DNA from: Chiloscyllium plagiosum
Taxonomy: Eukaryota
Direction: 5' to 3'
DNA length: 64,000 nucleotides
Assembly: GCF_004010195.1 (NCBI RefSeq)
Contig: NC_057718.1
Location: forward strand, 96,788,138-96,852,137
Under the pieces are notes generated by a model. The model was not told the DNA's origin. It did no database searches and saw only the letters and a list, made by a program, of their open reading frames with translations. Each line of letters starts with the position of its first letter. Within the stretch, counting starts at the first letter, position 1. Positions 1 to 13,577 of the stretch are shown here, piece by piece. Position numbers and translations under genes: made by a program.

Positions 1-384
1 CTTGTGGGCAGCCACATCATGCAAGTTATACAAGAACCCTGTAACGATGTAGGAAAAGTATCTGAGCAGCAGTGCAAACCTCTAGCTTGGCATCTGGCAA
101 CACTTTGCACCTGCCACAGACGCTATTGTTTTAATGACCAGCAGCCAAATGAGCCCTGACATCAACAGAACCCAGAGCCCATTTATTACATGTCCAAAGA
201 ACCATAATGTATCCATCGGTGGTAGATTGGGAGTTAGGTAAAAACAATGACTGCAGATGCTGGAAACCAGATTCTGGATTAGAGTGGTGCTGGAAAAGCA
301 CAGCAGTTCAGGCAGCATCCGAGGAGCAGGAAAATCAACATTTCAGGCAAAAGCCCTTCATCAGGAATGATGGAGTTAACTTAC

Positions 385-476
385 TGTGGCTGGCACACAA
401 TCCAGTTGCCTCGCTCCATGATTTGATACAAGTATCCCGTCAATTCCATGCTTAGCAGCTTCTCTGGCATCATCAG
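385..476 (-). CDS. HAO1: HAO1 coding exon 5
   Basis: Acceptor tttag|CT. Encodes (A)[30 protein letters not shown], with the alpha-hydroxy acid oxidase SNHG-x-RQ catalytic His motif. Donor ACA|GTAAGT; 92 nt. Confidence 0.95.
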
Positions 477-2450
477 CTAAAGTTACAAAGACCTGGCAGT
501 TAGTAACAGTAACTAAAATAGTTTCTCGTGAAAATGAAATAACAGCATCTGTACAAACATTCAGGAGGGACTGAACAAACTGCGAGAGTGTAGGTTTCTC
601 CAAACACGTCAAGTCCTGGGAGGGAGACGTGCATCTTAACACTTGCACGATGCCTTGCTTTTATTAACATTCTGCTCTACATTCTGAAAGAGGTGCTATA
701 GGTAGCATGGTTACAACCCCAAGGTGTCAGCCAGGTTCTCTTTGTACTCTGATACTTCCATTTATCTTAATTAAGAAACCCTTCCACTGAAATGTTTTTG
801 TATCGTTTTAAGTTATTAATATGATTACAGTAATAATGTGCATTTAATTTAATTACTTCACCATGTCAAAGGAGCATGATTGATTGCTGAACTTGTAAAA
901 GAATAATAAAATTCCGCACTAAGATGGATCATTAGACTTTGTCTGCAACACGTGCTTTTTGCATCAGTATCATGCTACGTTTTCGTTCCAAATTATTTTG
1001 TCCTTTAAAATGTAACATTTTTCTTTTACAGTCAGGGCCTAAACCTTTTCATTTGTTGCAAGTGAAGAATGAAATTGAAGGGGCAGAACGCCGAGCGGAA
1101 ACTCGAGACATTGGCCACCATGCTGGTTTGCAGTTACCACTCACCTCCACCCCCAATTCCCACCTCCACTGACTCCCCCAGCTCACCCCACTTTCCCAGA
1201 GGCAGGGTGGGAACCGAAAGGGCCACCCGCTCATGGTTGGCCAATTCCAGCCAAGGTAACGGGCCATTCACAGGAATTGTCCAGTCAGCCCGCAGGCCTC
1301 CCCTACCCACCAGAGACTAGGCCGGCCGCCCGGAAGAGGCCTCCCAACCATGATCCAATGCTTCAGGCTGAGGCATTGAGCTCCTCCCCTCCCTCCCATT
1401 CTGCTTGGTCACCTTGCAACCACATGTTGCCTCCTAATCTTCATCTCTCCACAAATATCAACCTGGCTACGGAGGCCTTTGTTTTTCATATTGAAAAGAG
1501 GAGATATTTCAGGTACCCTCTCTTTCCCCCATTCTTTTGTATTTCCTTTTTTTATCTAAACTTCAGGCTTCAACTCCTTCCAAGTTGAAGATGCTGCTTC
1601 TGGCCCTGAGAACCCACCCTCCATCCTTAATGAGATGAGAACAGGAGTAGGCCATTCAGTCTATTGAGCCTGCTCCACCATTCAATACGAATAATTCAAT
1701 TGAACACTTCAATGATTTTGACTCGTCCCATCACCATAAGCCTGTACATCACTGGTGGTGTCTACTTTAAACATACTCAATGACTGCTCTTCGAAAACCC
1801 TCTGTGCTGGAGAATGCCAAAGGGTCACAACCTTCTGAAATTCTCCTCATCTCAGATCTAAGTGGCAATCCCCTCAATTTTTTAAAAAACATGCCCTTGA
1901 CTCTAGACTCCCTCACCAGGGGAAACATCTTAGCTACATCTACGTCCTGGCTATCAGGTGATGTACTGCGTAGGGTTTGATGAGATCACCTCTCAATTTT
2001 TGAAACTCGAAAGAGTACAAGCCCAGTTGCCCAATCTCTCGTCATAAGACTGTCCCACATCCCAGAAACAAGTCTGATGAACCTGGCTTTTGAGCACTAA
2101 TTGGGCAATCTAGGAAAAAAAAATCACATGACTGTTTCCTATCAGTCCCCCTTCTATTTGACTCTGAACTCTCTTCCCCCACACCCCCAGATACCCAAAC
2201 TCTTACCCATAGTCTTTTATCCAAATACAATGACTGAATTGTGACCAAACAATAAGACAACTAGCAATACTAGACTGGGCTGTAAGGGGTGGATGATTTC
2301 ATGACTGTATACACTTCTCACATTCAGACAAACTTACCAAGCTGAGCAAAACATCACAAAAGGTATTCCAGCTCACCAAGGCAGGAGGCAAAACAAAATT
2401 AGGGCATGTTTCAAGCCAGAAGTGAAGAGTGCTGTTAGATCGCTACTCAC

Positions 2451-2623
2451 CTCTCAAGATTCCTTTGAGAACGATGGGCAGTTTAGTCAGCTCCCGCAGC
2501 CAGTCAATGTCCTCCCATTTTATAGAGGAGTCGATAGCATCAGCTGTGTACACAGCCAACCCACTGTCATCTCCATAGTCCTTTTTGGAAAATGCCAGAT
2601 CGAGTGTCTCAAAGTTTGCCATC
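2451..2623 (-). CDS. HAO1: HAO1 coding exon 4
   Basis: Acceptor ttttcag|G. Encodes [57 protein letters not shown], including the FMN-binding KG lysine. Donor G|GTGAGT; 173 nt. Confidence 0.95.
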
Positions 2624-2786
2624 CTGAAAACAAAACAGCTCATGTCAGGAAGCTTTTGGCTTCAGCCATTGATGGAGTACTTGAGAGGCAGGCAGATTGG
2701 AATTCAGTCATTTGACCCTTTACCTCTCCCTCAGCATTTTGTACTTGTGGATGTTCTATCTTGTTAACCTCAATTTCTAGCCATTT

Positions 2787-3128
2787 CATAGAATCCCTGC
2801 AGCCCGGAAGCAGGCTGTTTGGCCAATCAAGTTCACACTGACCCTCCAAACAGCATCCCTTCCAGACCCATCCCCCTACCCCATAATACTGCATTTCCCA
2901 TGGCTCATCCACCTAACCTGGACATCCCTGCGCAATCTAGCATGGTCAATTCACCTAACCTGCACATCTCTGGACTGTGGGAGGAAACTGGAGCACCTAG
3001 AGGGCACCCACACAGACATGGGGCAAATGTGCAAACACCACACAGACAGTCACCCGAGGGTAGAATCGAACCCAAGTCCCTGGTGCTGTGAAGCAACAGT
3101 GCTAACCACTGAGCCACTGTGCCACTCC
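2787..3128 (-). mobile_element. HE1/V-SINE-type tRNA-derived SINE
   Basis: A-box/B-box head gtggctcagtggttagcactg...ggttcgatt, central gtgtggggtttgcacat-type domain, CR1-like tail. Confidence 0.85.
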
Positions 3129-3199
3129 ATGCTACTACTTATGAATGCTCTATCTTGTTAATCTCAAATTCCAGCTATTTCCCCCTACTTCTTAACATT

Positions 3200-3410
3200 A
3201 AAAAATCACACAAAACCAGGTTATAGTCCAACAGGTTTATTTGGCAGCACTAGCTTTCGGAGCGCTGCTCCTTCATCAGGTGGTTGTCGATAGTGGCACT
3301 GATGAAGGAGTGACACTCTGAAAGCTAGGGCTTCCAAATAAACCTGTTGGACTATAAGATGGTGTTGTGTGATTCTTAACTTTGTCCAACAGCGGCACCT
3401 CCAAATCATG
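3200..3410. mobile_element. Penelope-derived short palindromic element (family B)
   Basis: Inverted arms ttatagtccaacaggtttatttgg / ccaaataaacctgttggactataa, each carrying a hammerhead core. Similar copies at about 27270-27450, 33365-33730, 50525-50700, 54445-54710 and 63290-63585. Confidence 0.8.
3248..3282 (-). ncRNA. Minimal type I hammerhead ribozyme motif (Penelope-derived, family B)
   Basis: Minus strand reads CAC-CTGATGA-A-GGAGC-AGC-GCTCC-GAA-AGCT-A-GTG. Intact CUGAUGA/GAAA core, 5-bp stem II, palindromic AGCU stem III, CUA cleavage triplet and CAC/GUG stem I. Confidence 0.75.
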
Positions 3411-3867
3411 ATTACTTCTTAATAGCCTTCCTTCCCCGAATACATTTTGCCCTTTTAAACGCCATCATTATGAAATTGCAAACCTTAATGACAAGAAACC
3501 TGTAATATTCTGTCAGAGATGATGGTGCAGTGCTAATGTTACTGAGGCCTAGGATAATGCTTTGGTGGGCCATTGGTTCAAAGCCCACTACAGCAGTTGG
3601 TGTTACTGCAATCCAATTCAGAAATCTGGAATATATAAGGATAGTGTCAGTAATGGCGACTATATACCTGGTTAGACTCCACTTGGAATACTGTGAGCAG
3701 ATCTAAGCTCCACACCTTCGGAAGGATATACTGGGCTTGGAAAAAGTACAATATAGGTTTACAAGAATTGTACCTGAACTTTATCAGTTATGAAGTTGGA
3801 TTATATAAATTAGGCCTGCTTTCTCCCAAATTTAGAACATTATGTGGTTATCGGATCGAAGTTTAGG

Positions 3868-4232
3868 TTAGATTAGATTCCTTACAGTGTGGAAACAGGC
3901 CCTTCGGCTCAACAAGTCCACACCGACCCTCCGAAGAGTAACCCACTTCCCTCTGACCAATGCACCTAACGCTCTGGGTAATTTAGCATGGACAATCCAC
4001 CTGACCTGCGCATCTTTGGACGGTGGGAGGAAACCGGAGCACCTGGAGGAAACCCACGTCGGCACGGGGAGAATGTGCAAACTCCACACAGACATGAGTG
4101 TCACATGTGCAAACTCCACACAAACACGGGAAGAATGTGCAAACTCCACACAGACAGTTGCCTGAGGTGGGAATCAAACCTGGGACCCTGGTGCTGTGAG
4201 GCAGCAGTGCTAACCACTGAGGCACCATGCCA
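3868..4232 (-). mobile_element. HE1-type SINE inserted in a CR1 remnant (3660-4590)
   Basis: Full head/core/tail with an internal triplication of tgtgcaaactccacaca and a (TCTAA)n tail. Confidence 0.85.
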
Positions 4233-4702
4233 CAGTCATCAGATTGAAGTCTTCAAGATATTAACAAGGAACAACAAGAGATAAAGATAAACCAGTTCCA
4301 TTGGATGGGGATTCTAGAACAAGGCAGTATTGTCTAAAAATTAGGGTCAAACTGTTCAGGAGGGATGTCGGAAGCACTTCTACACACAAAGGGTGGGAGA
4401 GGTTTGGAGCTCTCTTCCACATTTGGCAGTGGGTGCTGCATCAATTGTTAATTTTAGATGAGAGATAGATAATTTATTTTGTTCAGCAAAGGTATTAAGA
4501 CAGGTAGATGAAGTTAGACCATGGATCAGCCGTGATCTCATTGAGTGGCAGAACAGACTTGAGGGGCTGAATGGCCACTCCTGTTCCTACATTCGTAAAA
4601 TTATGATCATCTGTTGTTCAAAACCCAGAATATTCTTTAGGGAAGACAGTCTGTCATCGTGATCTGGTCTGGCTTGACATGAGATGCAGACACACCCAGT
4701 GT

Positions 4703-4980
4703 GGGCAGTTTAGTGGCTCAGTGGTTAGCACTGCTGCCTCACAGCACCAGGGACCCGGGTTGATTCCCGCCTCGGGCGACTGTGTCTGTGTGGAGTTTGC
4801 ACATTCTCCCCGTGTCTGTGTGGGTTTCCTCCAGGTGCTCCGGTTTCCTCCAAAGATGTGCAGGTCAGATGAATTGGCTGTGCTAGATTGTCCCATAGTG
4901 TTCAGGGATGTATAGGTTAGGTGTATTAGTCAGGGGTAAAATGTAGAGCAATGGGTCTGGGTGGGTTACTCTTCGGAGTA
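4703..4980 (+). mobile_element. HE1-type SINE
   Basis: gtggctcagtggttagcactgctgcctcacagcaccagggacccggg...gtgtggagtttgcacattctcccc. Confidence 0.85.
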
Positions 4981-5740
4981 GGCACAGTGTGTACTGTCCC
5001 TGCCTCTGGGCCAGAAGAATGGAATTCAATCATGACTTGACCAAACAGATCAAGTTCGATTTGCAAATGCTTTGGACACACACTGTGCAAGATCTCTTTC
5101 GTATAACTAAGTTATGTTATTATAGAATAACTCTACATTTCTAAGCATTGGCCAATCCTTCTCATGCTTTTTGTGAAATTTGACGTGGCCAATAATTTAA
5201 AATGGAGTATTGACATCACTAAACATTGAGACAACATTTGGAATTCTATGGCAAGGGGTGGGTGTGTCAGCCTGGGATGGAAAGCAGTCAGAGCCTGTCC
5301 CATCACTGTGACTAGGGTAGTTTTTGTCTGTGCAGGTTCGATGGGCCTTTTCTGTACTGCACGTTTCTACATGTGAATCCATAACTCAAGGCTACAACTG
5401 GCACGTGCATGTGCACTTTGAAAAATGGTCACAGGACTTGAAAACATTAACTTTGTTCCTCTCTCCGCAGATGCTGCCAGGAATTCACCAGCAATTTCTG
5501 TTTCTGCCACTGGAGGGAGTTGGTTGGCTCAGTTGGCTGGAACACTGGTATGGGTTTGAATGGTGCTGCTAATAACGTTGGGCGTTCAATAATCCCCTCG
5601 AACTGGGTGGATCTAAGCTCCGCTTCCTGCAGTGGAAATGAAGAGATGGGTTTGCCTTTTTACTGAGGAAGAATCGGTGACTGATGGGAGATTAATGGTG
5701 CACCACCATTTCCTTTCTGACTTCAAATGCATCATATTAC

Positions 5741-5996
5741 CTCAAGTGAGGGGGCAGTTTGAACTTGTTCCGCATATCCGCCAAACGCTTCCCCAGGTAG
5801 GGAGTGTCAACGGTTAGGAAGACTCCGCAGTAGCCAGCCTTCTCCGCTCTCCTCACCAGGGATTTAGTCAGCTCCCGATCCTTGTAGATGTACAACTGCA
5901 GCCAACGTGTCGCACTGGGCACTGCCTCAGCCACTTCCTCAATGCTGGAAGTCGCCCAGGTACTGAGCATCATGCCTGTGCCTAGCCTTCCACAGG
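5741..5996 (-). CDS. HAO1: HAO1 coding exon 3
   Basis: Acceptor acag|CC. Encodes (A)[84 protein letters not shown](R). Donor AG|GTAAT; 256 nt. Confidence 0.96.
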
Positions 5997-6767
5997 CTGT
6001 TCAGCCGGGTGCACATGTCAAAGAAAAATGTCATTTGTTAGCCTCAGATTGAAAACATATTTCTCATATTAATATTCAATCTACAAACGGGAATTCTAAT
6101 TGAAAATAACAGCCCCCAAGCACACCATCACTCCCTAGTCAGGCTCTCTTTGGAACATGTGGAGTTTTGCAATAGTCTATTTTCAAAAGAATATTTGCTC
6201 ATTTTGTAACGGATTGATCTGGGATGATCAGGATTAACATGTACCTAAATACGTTCTCATAAAGCATTCCTTCCACATAGTTCCCACATGGTCAGGCTAT
6301 TACTTAAATTCAGCCATGGAATGTGTCCACAATGGAACATCACACAGGCTAACTCAGTTCAAGACGATTGTCATTTTTCTAACATACTCTAACAACTTTT
6401 ACACAGACCTATGTTGGAATGGTTTCAAGCAGATGAATCAGATTGGGTGATATGAACTTTAATTGGCAACTCAACTGGCCATTTCCAAGGCACAGAGAGA
6501 CGGAGGAGGGGGTGAACACAGATAGATCGAGCAATGTCATACCGAGTACCTGCAGTGTACTGTGGGCCAACAGCAGCAGCCAATGTTATATTCAACCACA
6601 ATCTAAATCTAATTCTGAATCTTTGTCCCAGGGAAGGTAAGGAGGTGTAATAAATGTTGGTGCTGCTCACATCCCTTGAGAAAATCATTAAAAATTCAAT
6701 CCTTTAAAATTTCATAGCATTAAAAAAAACTTACACTTATATAATGCATTTGATTATTTCCTATAAC

Positions 6768-7010
6768 ATTAGATTACATTACAGTGTGGAAACAGGCCCT
6801 TCGGCCCAACAAGTCCACACAGACCCGCCGAAGCGCAACCCACCCATACCCCTGCATTTACCCCTTACCTAATACTATGGGCAATTTAGCATGGGCAATT
6901 CACCTGACCTGCACATCTTTGGATTGTGGGAGGAAACCGGAGCACCTGGAGGAAACCCACGCAGACACAGGGAGAACGTGCAAACTCCACACAGTCAGTC
7001 GCCTAAGGCT
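6768..7010 (-). mobile_element. HE1-type SINE, head truncated
   Basis: Tail acagtgtggaaacaggcccttcggcccaacaagtccac plus core. Confidence 0.85.
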
Positions 7011-9314
7011 AACACAAAATACTGTGATAAAAGAATGTATAGTATACACGGGGGTCAGTTAGCTTGGATGAATGTTTTGCAATACAGAGTGACACCAACA
7101 ATGTGGGTTCAGTTCCTGCACTGGCTGAGTTTACTATAGGGACCCTCCTTCTGAACTTCTCTCCTCTCTTGAGGTGTCGTGGCCCCCAGATTCAACCAAC
7201 ACCAATCATTTCTCTGTCTCTAATGAGAAAGCAGCCTATAGTATGGCAAGTTTACGGCAACTTTACCTTTACCCTTTATAATATACATTTACATTTTTGG
7301 AGTTTGGATTTCAAAACATTAGCAAGTGGTGTTAGCTATTTCTATGACAGGTTTACTTTTTTTGAAATGTACACGGTCAGAGAGTCCTCCTGGAACAGTG
7401 ATTAAATCCAACATTTTGTCACACAGCAGGTAATCCTTATGGTATTAATGGAAAGATGTTTAAACTGTTGCGCTTACTACAGGTAGGCTAAAAATGTAAG
7501 GTCAATAGTTTTGTTTTCAGTTCGGAAGAATCTCGGTTTAAGTTTTCTTTTTAAATTCAGTTCAGAAGACACCAGTGTTGAGTATCAAAGTAAGTTTAGT
7601 TGCTCTTCTGGGAGGATTGATTCAGGCGAGTTCAGGGGATTATTTACCTCAGCAGAAGAGTTTAGTTTGCGATAACATCCAAAACCAGAATAGTTTGGTT
7701 GGAAAAGGAAAGCTTATTGGAAATAAAAATGTTGATGCACTCAGGTTTGTGGAAACATTCAGGTCATTGGAAAGGTCTCATCAAATTGTCTTCACAGTCA
7801 AAAACTAAGGAACAGTCAAGAATCAGTGACGTAGAAACCTAAACGTTGAGATAGGAGTGTAATTTTGCTGGGTTTAAGTTTCCATTAAGGACACTGTCAG
7901 GATATAGATTGAACATCTTTTTTACTGTGTGTTTTAGATCCTGCTAACTGTCCCATTCATTTGATTTGTTTTTTTTTAATTCCCTCTTTGGCGTAATAAA
8001 CTTCTGCTTGAGCAGTGGAGTTTAAAACTAGAGGGCATATTTTTAAGGGTGAGTGGAGAAAGATTCAAAAGGGATCTGAGAAGCAACTGTTTCATACAAA
8101 GGGTGGTTCGTATGTGGAATGAGCTGCCAGAGGAAGTGGTAGATGCAGGTATAGTTACAACACTTAAAAGACATTTGGACAGGCACATGTTTATTTATCC
8201 ATTTGTGTGACGTGGACTTTGCTGACTGGCCAACATTTATTGCCCATCCTTACTCACCTTTGAGAAGGTGACAGTGAGCAGTTTAGAGGGATATGGGCCA
8301 AACGCAGGCAAACGCAGGGACTAGGTTAGTTTGGAAAAGGTGCTCAGCATGGATGAGTTGGACCGAAAGGCCTGTTTCTATGCTGTATGACTCCATGACT
8401 CTATAATATCTGCGTCTTTGTGTGCATTTGTTCCAGTGACAAAGTACCACCCCAAAAAACCAAACAAAAACTAAATATGATCCATCAAGCCAGGTTGCAA
8501 TCTGGGATCTGATTTGTTCAACAATACCATTAACTCGGATCAGAATGTGACTGAAAGCTTTTACTATTGTATGAGAAACAGCTAATTTGAATGTGCAGGA
8601 AATTCACATAAATAGCAACGAGGCCATAACAACATTGTTTTTTGTGAGTTGTTGTTATTAAAAGAATAAATATTGACCAGGACATCATTCTTACTCTTCT
8701 CCAGTCCATTGCAGCACCATCCAAGAATCTCTATACAGATACCAGAATTCTACCAGACTCAGCCAGCTGAAGTAGCAATTCTTTATAAGAAGCTTTATGC
8801 ATTGTTAAAGTGTTGTGGGTGCAACCAACTGCTTGGAATTTTTTTCTCTCTCTCTCTCTTTCCCTGGTTTCTGTCTCCACCCATCTGCCCACTTCTTTCC
8901 ACGATCCTTCTGTCATCAGTATAAATACCACCTTTAACTAAATACCTTCAGTCCTGAAGCAAGGTCACTGAACTCAAAACATTGACTCTGTTTTCTCTCC
9001 ACAGGTGCTAGCAGACCTGCTGAGTTTCTTTAGTGATTTCTGTTTTATTTTTGTTTGTCTTGGAAATTTGTGTCTACTTAAATTGCAACTGTCTGATTTT
9101 CTGAGCCATTAGGTGCGATTGACAAGAAAATAATAATTATACACTGAAGGAAAAGCATCTGAGGTGGAGGACAGAGTATTATAATATCTTTGACCTGTCT
9201 TTGCATTTCTCGATCCCACATCCATTCTCATAGATGGCAACTACATCTTTTAAAAAATTTATTCACATGATGTTGGCATCGTGGGCTAGGCCAGCTAGTG
9301 GTTCCCTTAAGGAG

Positions 9315-9850
9315 TCATAGAGTCATCCACAGAAACAGACCCTTCAGTCCAATATAATCCCAAACAAAACTAGTCCCACCTGCCCGCTCCTGACCTATAT
9401 CCCTCAAAACCTTTCCTATTCATGTACTTATCTGAACGCCTTTTAAACGTTTTAATTGTGCCCGCGTCCAGCACTTCCTCAGGGAATTATTTCCACACGC
9501 AAACCCCCCTCTGTATAAAACATGTGCCTCTCACGTCTTTTTCAAATCTCTCTCCTCTCACCTTAAAAATGTGCCCCCTAGTCTTGAAATCCCCCATCCT
9601 GGGGAAAAGAGCTTCCATTAACCCTATGTATACCCCTCACTATTTTATAAACCTCTATAAGGTCACCTCTCAATCTCTTATGCTACAGTGAAAAAATTGA
9701 AAGCTTATCCAGCCTTTCTTTATAACTCAAACCTTCCATACCCGGCAACATCCTGGTAAATCTCTTCTGAACTCTCTCCAGCTTAATAATATCTTTCCTG
9801 TAACTGGGCAACCAGAACTGGACACGGTATTCCAGAAGAGGCCTCACCAA
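9315..9850 (-). mobile_element. CR1 LINE 3' fragment
   Basis: Same CR1 3' motifs (ctggacacggtattccaga = LEYRVQ on the minus strand) and tail. Confidence 0.8.
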
Positions 9851-9854
9851 GGTC

Positions 9855-10710
9855 CCTCCTTGAGAAGGTGGTGGTGTGTTGCTTTCCTGAATTGCTACAG
9901 TCTATTTGGTGGAGATACACCCAATGGGTAGGAGGTTCCGGCACGACACTGAAGGAATGGTGATCTTTTCCAAGTCAGAATAGCGTGTGGCTTGGAGAGA
10001 AGATTGCAGGTGGTGGCACTCCCATGCATCTGCTTTATCTTGTCCTATCAGGTTTTAGGAGTTGCCGTTTTGGAAAGTGTTATCAAATGAGAGTAACTAA
10101 GTTGCTGCAAGACATGTTATAGATGGTATACACTGCTGCCACTGTGCATTGCTGGAAGTTTGAGTGAACATTTAAGATGGTAGTTGGAAAGCCAATCAAA
10201 TGGGCTGCTTTGTGCTGGATGATATTGATCTTCATAAGTGTTGTTGGAGATGTTTTCATCCAGGCAATTGGAGAGCATTTCATCAAGTTCCTGACCTGTG
10301 CCTTGAAGATGGTAAACAGACTTTGGGTAAAGCATGAAACATGATTGACACCACATTCACAAGCATCCAATCCCTCCACCATTGACGCTCAGTAGCAACA
10401 GTTTACAAGAAGGCACTGCAGAAATTCACCAAAGATCCTTCAACAGCACTCTCCAAACCCATGACCACTTCCATCTGGAAGGACAAGGGCAGCAGATACA
10501 TACAAACACCACCACCACCTGCAAGTTCCCCTCCAAACTACCTACCATCCTGTGGATCAAAATCCTGGAATTCCCTCCTTAACAGCACACTGGGTCTATT
10601 TACAACAGGCGGGGTGCAGTGGTTCAAGAAGGCAGCTCAGTACCACCTTCTTAAGGGCAACTAGAGATGGGCATTAAATGCTGGCCCAGCCAGCGACACA
10701 CAAAGCCCAC
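9855..10710. mobile_element. Two inverted L2/CR1-group LINE 3' fragments
   Basis: KAQVRNLMKCSPIAWM...IQHKAAHLIG on minus strand. Tail gggcaactagagatgggcattaaatgctggcc on +. Related copies at about 48985-49385, 57100-57330 and 61040-61330. Confidence 0.6.
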
Positions 10711-10865
10711 AAATAAATATTTTTAAAAATTGTAGTAAAAGTTTGAAAATACAAAATCTTGCTTTGCAATCATTGCATTCATCATGTGGGGGAATTTGTA
10801 TCTACTTTGAAAGGTATCTGCCCCTATGTAGATCATATGACCTAACAGTTGTTTTATATCAAGTC

Positions 10866-11175
10866 TAGATTAGATTCGCTACAGTATGGAAACAGGCCCT
10901 TCAGCCCAACAAGTCCACATTGACCCTCCAAAGTGTAACCCACCCAGACCCATTCCCCTACCCCCTACTAATGCACCTAACACCATGGGCAATTTAGCAT
11001 GGCCAATTCACCGAACCTGCACATCTTTGGATTGTGGGAGGAAACTGGAGAACACCCACACAGACACAGGGAGAAGGTGCAAGCTCCACACAGGTAAACA
11101 CCCAAGGCGGGAATCAAACCCAGGTCCCTGGCACTGTGAGGCAGCAGTGCTCACCACTGAGCCACGGTGCCTCCC
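10866..11175 (-). mobile_element. HE1-type SINE
   Basis: Same head/core/tail consensus. Confidence 0.85.
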
Positions 11176-11938
11176 CATGCTGCATAAGTCAGATTCTCAG
11201 AGGATTTGACAGAGTAAGGTTGCTTCCTCATGACATAGGGTCTTGGGCCAGAGAGTAGATTCTCAGTGGAAGAGGTCACCCATTTAAGACAGCGATGCGA
11301 GAAAAGTTTTCTCTCAGTGGGTCGTGAATTTATGGACTTCTTTACTCCTGAGCGCTGTGGAGGCTGTGAACAGTTGAGTGTATTCAGGGCTGAGATAGAC
11401 AATAAGGGAATCAAGGGTCATAGGGAAAAGGCAAGGAACTAATCTAATCTAATCTAATCTAATCTAATCTAATCTAAACTGGATTGGAGGGTCAGCCATT
11501 GAATGACAGAGTGGACACCATGGGCTGAATGGCTTCCTTCTGCTCCTATCACTTATACTTTTGGAAGAAAGTCAACACAATAATAACTTTCAAAATAGGA
11601 ATTGGATGAACAGCAGAAAGGGAAGTAGGTTACAGAGCCTACAGGAAAGAGCAAGTAAGTGAAATTGACTCACAGAGGCAGCAGAGGGATGGTGGAGCCA
11701 ATAGCCTCCTTCTGCATTTTAGGATTCAATGATTGGGCAGATGCCATCATTCATGGTGTGAGAGAGCCACCTCCTGGTTCAATACAAGTCTCACAGTCAG
11801 GATCACTTTTACATTTACAATTAGATGTTACAGTTAGCAAGGCTGTGATTAAAATACCTTTTTAAAGGACAGTCCATATTGAAGTGTGAACTTAACATTA
11901 GAGTTAAGTTTAACTGTCCTTCATTAACATATTAATTT

Positions 11939-12432
11939 GTGTCTTATCCGTGTGTGCATTTGTATCTGTGTGTGAGTTATCTGTGTGTGTTATCATTGTG
12001 TGTGTGTGCATCTGTGTTTGTATGTGCACGGGTGTTTCTGTGATTGTGTGTCTGTGTAAGTGTGTGCACATGCATGTGTGTGTGTGTGCGTGCATGTGCC
12101 TGTGTGTGTATGTGACTGTGTGCGTGTGTCTGCATGTGTGTGTGTGCATGCATGTACATGCATGCATGTCTGTGTGTGTCTGTGTGTCTGTGTCTGCGTG
12201 TATGTGTGTCTATGTGAGTGTGTGTGTATGTATGTGTGTCTGTGTGAGTGTGTCTGTATGAGTGTCTGTGAGTGTGTGTGCCTGCGTGAGTGTGAGTCTG
12301 TGTGTGTGTCTGTCTGATGATGTGTGTGTGTTCGTGTCTGTGTGTCCATGTCTGTCTGTTCATGTCTGTCTGTATGTGTATGTGTGTGTCTGTATGGGTG
12401 CATGTGTGTGTGTGTGGATGCATGTGTGTGTG
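11939..12432. repeat. Degenerate (TG)n microsatellite
   Basis: About 490 bp of interrupted TG dinucleotides. Confidence 0.95.
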
Positions 12433-13577
12433 AAGTGGGCCAGCGGAGTTAACATCTGGCTCGGACGACAGTCTGTGTGGAGTTTGCACATTCTCCCCGT
12501 GTCTGTGTGGGTTTCCCCCGGGTGCTCCAGTTTCCAAAGATGTACAGGTCAGGTGAATTGGCCATGGTAAATTGCCCATAGTGTTAGGTGCATTAGTCAG
12601 AGGGAAATGGGTCTGAGTGGGTTACTCTTTGGAGTGTCAGTGTGGACTTGTTGGGCCGAAGGGCCTGTTTCCATATTGTACAGAATCTAGTCAAACCTTA
12701 TGGTTACAAAGCTGAAATAACAATTCTTTTATTTTTAATTAGCCAAATGAAAGCAAGCATCGCATGCAACGATAATATTCCTAGTTTCTTCGAAAATGAA
12801 CTGAGACTCATATGCAGACTATGGAGGAGGATTTTAATCCTTTTTTAATTCCTACAGAGGGTGTGGGTCCAAGCCAGCATTTATTGCCCATCCTAATTGC
12901 CCTTGAGAAGGTGGTGGTAATCTGTATGTCTGTTGTATTTGATACAGCAAAAAGCTTTCTCTGAGAGTACTCAAGCACGTACGTAATCTACTCAACTGAC
13001 ACATTTTGTAACAAAAGGAAATTCTTTTCTGAGGTGTGTTATTAGTATACATTCCTGGTTTCACAGAGGATTAGTGATCTTTCCACACTAAGACACAGTT
13101 AGGAAATTTTTCTGTTGAACCATTACTGCAAAGTCCTGCATAATGTTGTATTTAATGAGTAAAGAGACATAATTAATGGCCCAATTTATGGTTACATTTC
13201 AGGCGGTGCTCAATGATTGAAAATATTTTTTTTTTAAGAGCCAGCCTTGGGTTATGCAATGTCATTCAACTGCAGACATGACATTGAGGCAGTTACGTTT
13301 GTACTGAATAATGGTACAATACGGTACCAGCCAGCTCGTTCTCCTGTGGGATCCGAAAATTGGAACATAAAGAGACAGGAGAAGGGGGAGGTCATTTAGC
13401 TCAGTAAGTCTGCTTCACTGCTCAACAGTTTGAACCCAAGCCAACCTTGTGACCACGGACACTCACTCACACTTATAACTGCTGCTTGAGTCCTTGCTAT
13501 GGCAATGAGCAGACTTTCAGCCCCAGAGAAACCAAACTGCTAAAAGAGGCTGCAGGTCCCACATCATTAAGTTCGGT

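Noticed and set aside
394..405. Cys instead of Gly in RQLDCVPAT as a sign of pseudogenisation
   Set aside because: The position varies across the family (G/E/Y as recalled); catalytic residues, frames and splice sites are intact.
7416..8540. Possible solo LTR interrupted by CR1
   Set aside because: TG start and AATAAA are present, but no clear 3' end or TSD could be defined.
11910..12579. His/Thr- and Cys/Val-rich ORFs
   Set aside because: Translation of a (TG)n microsatellite.
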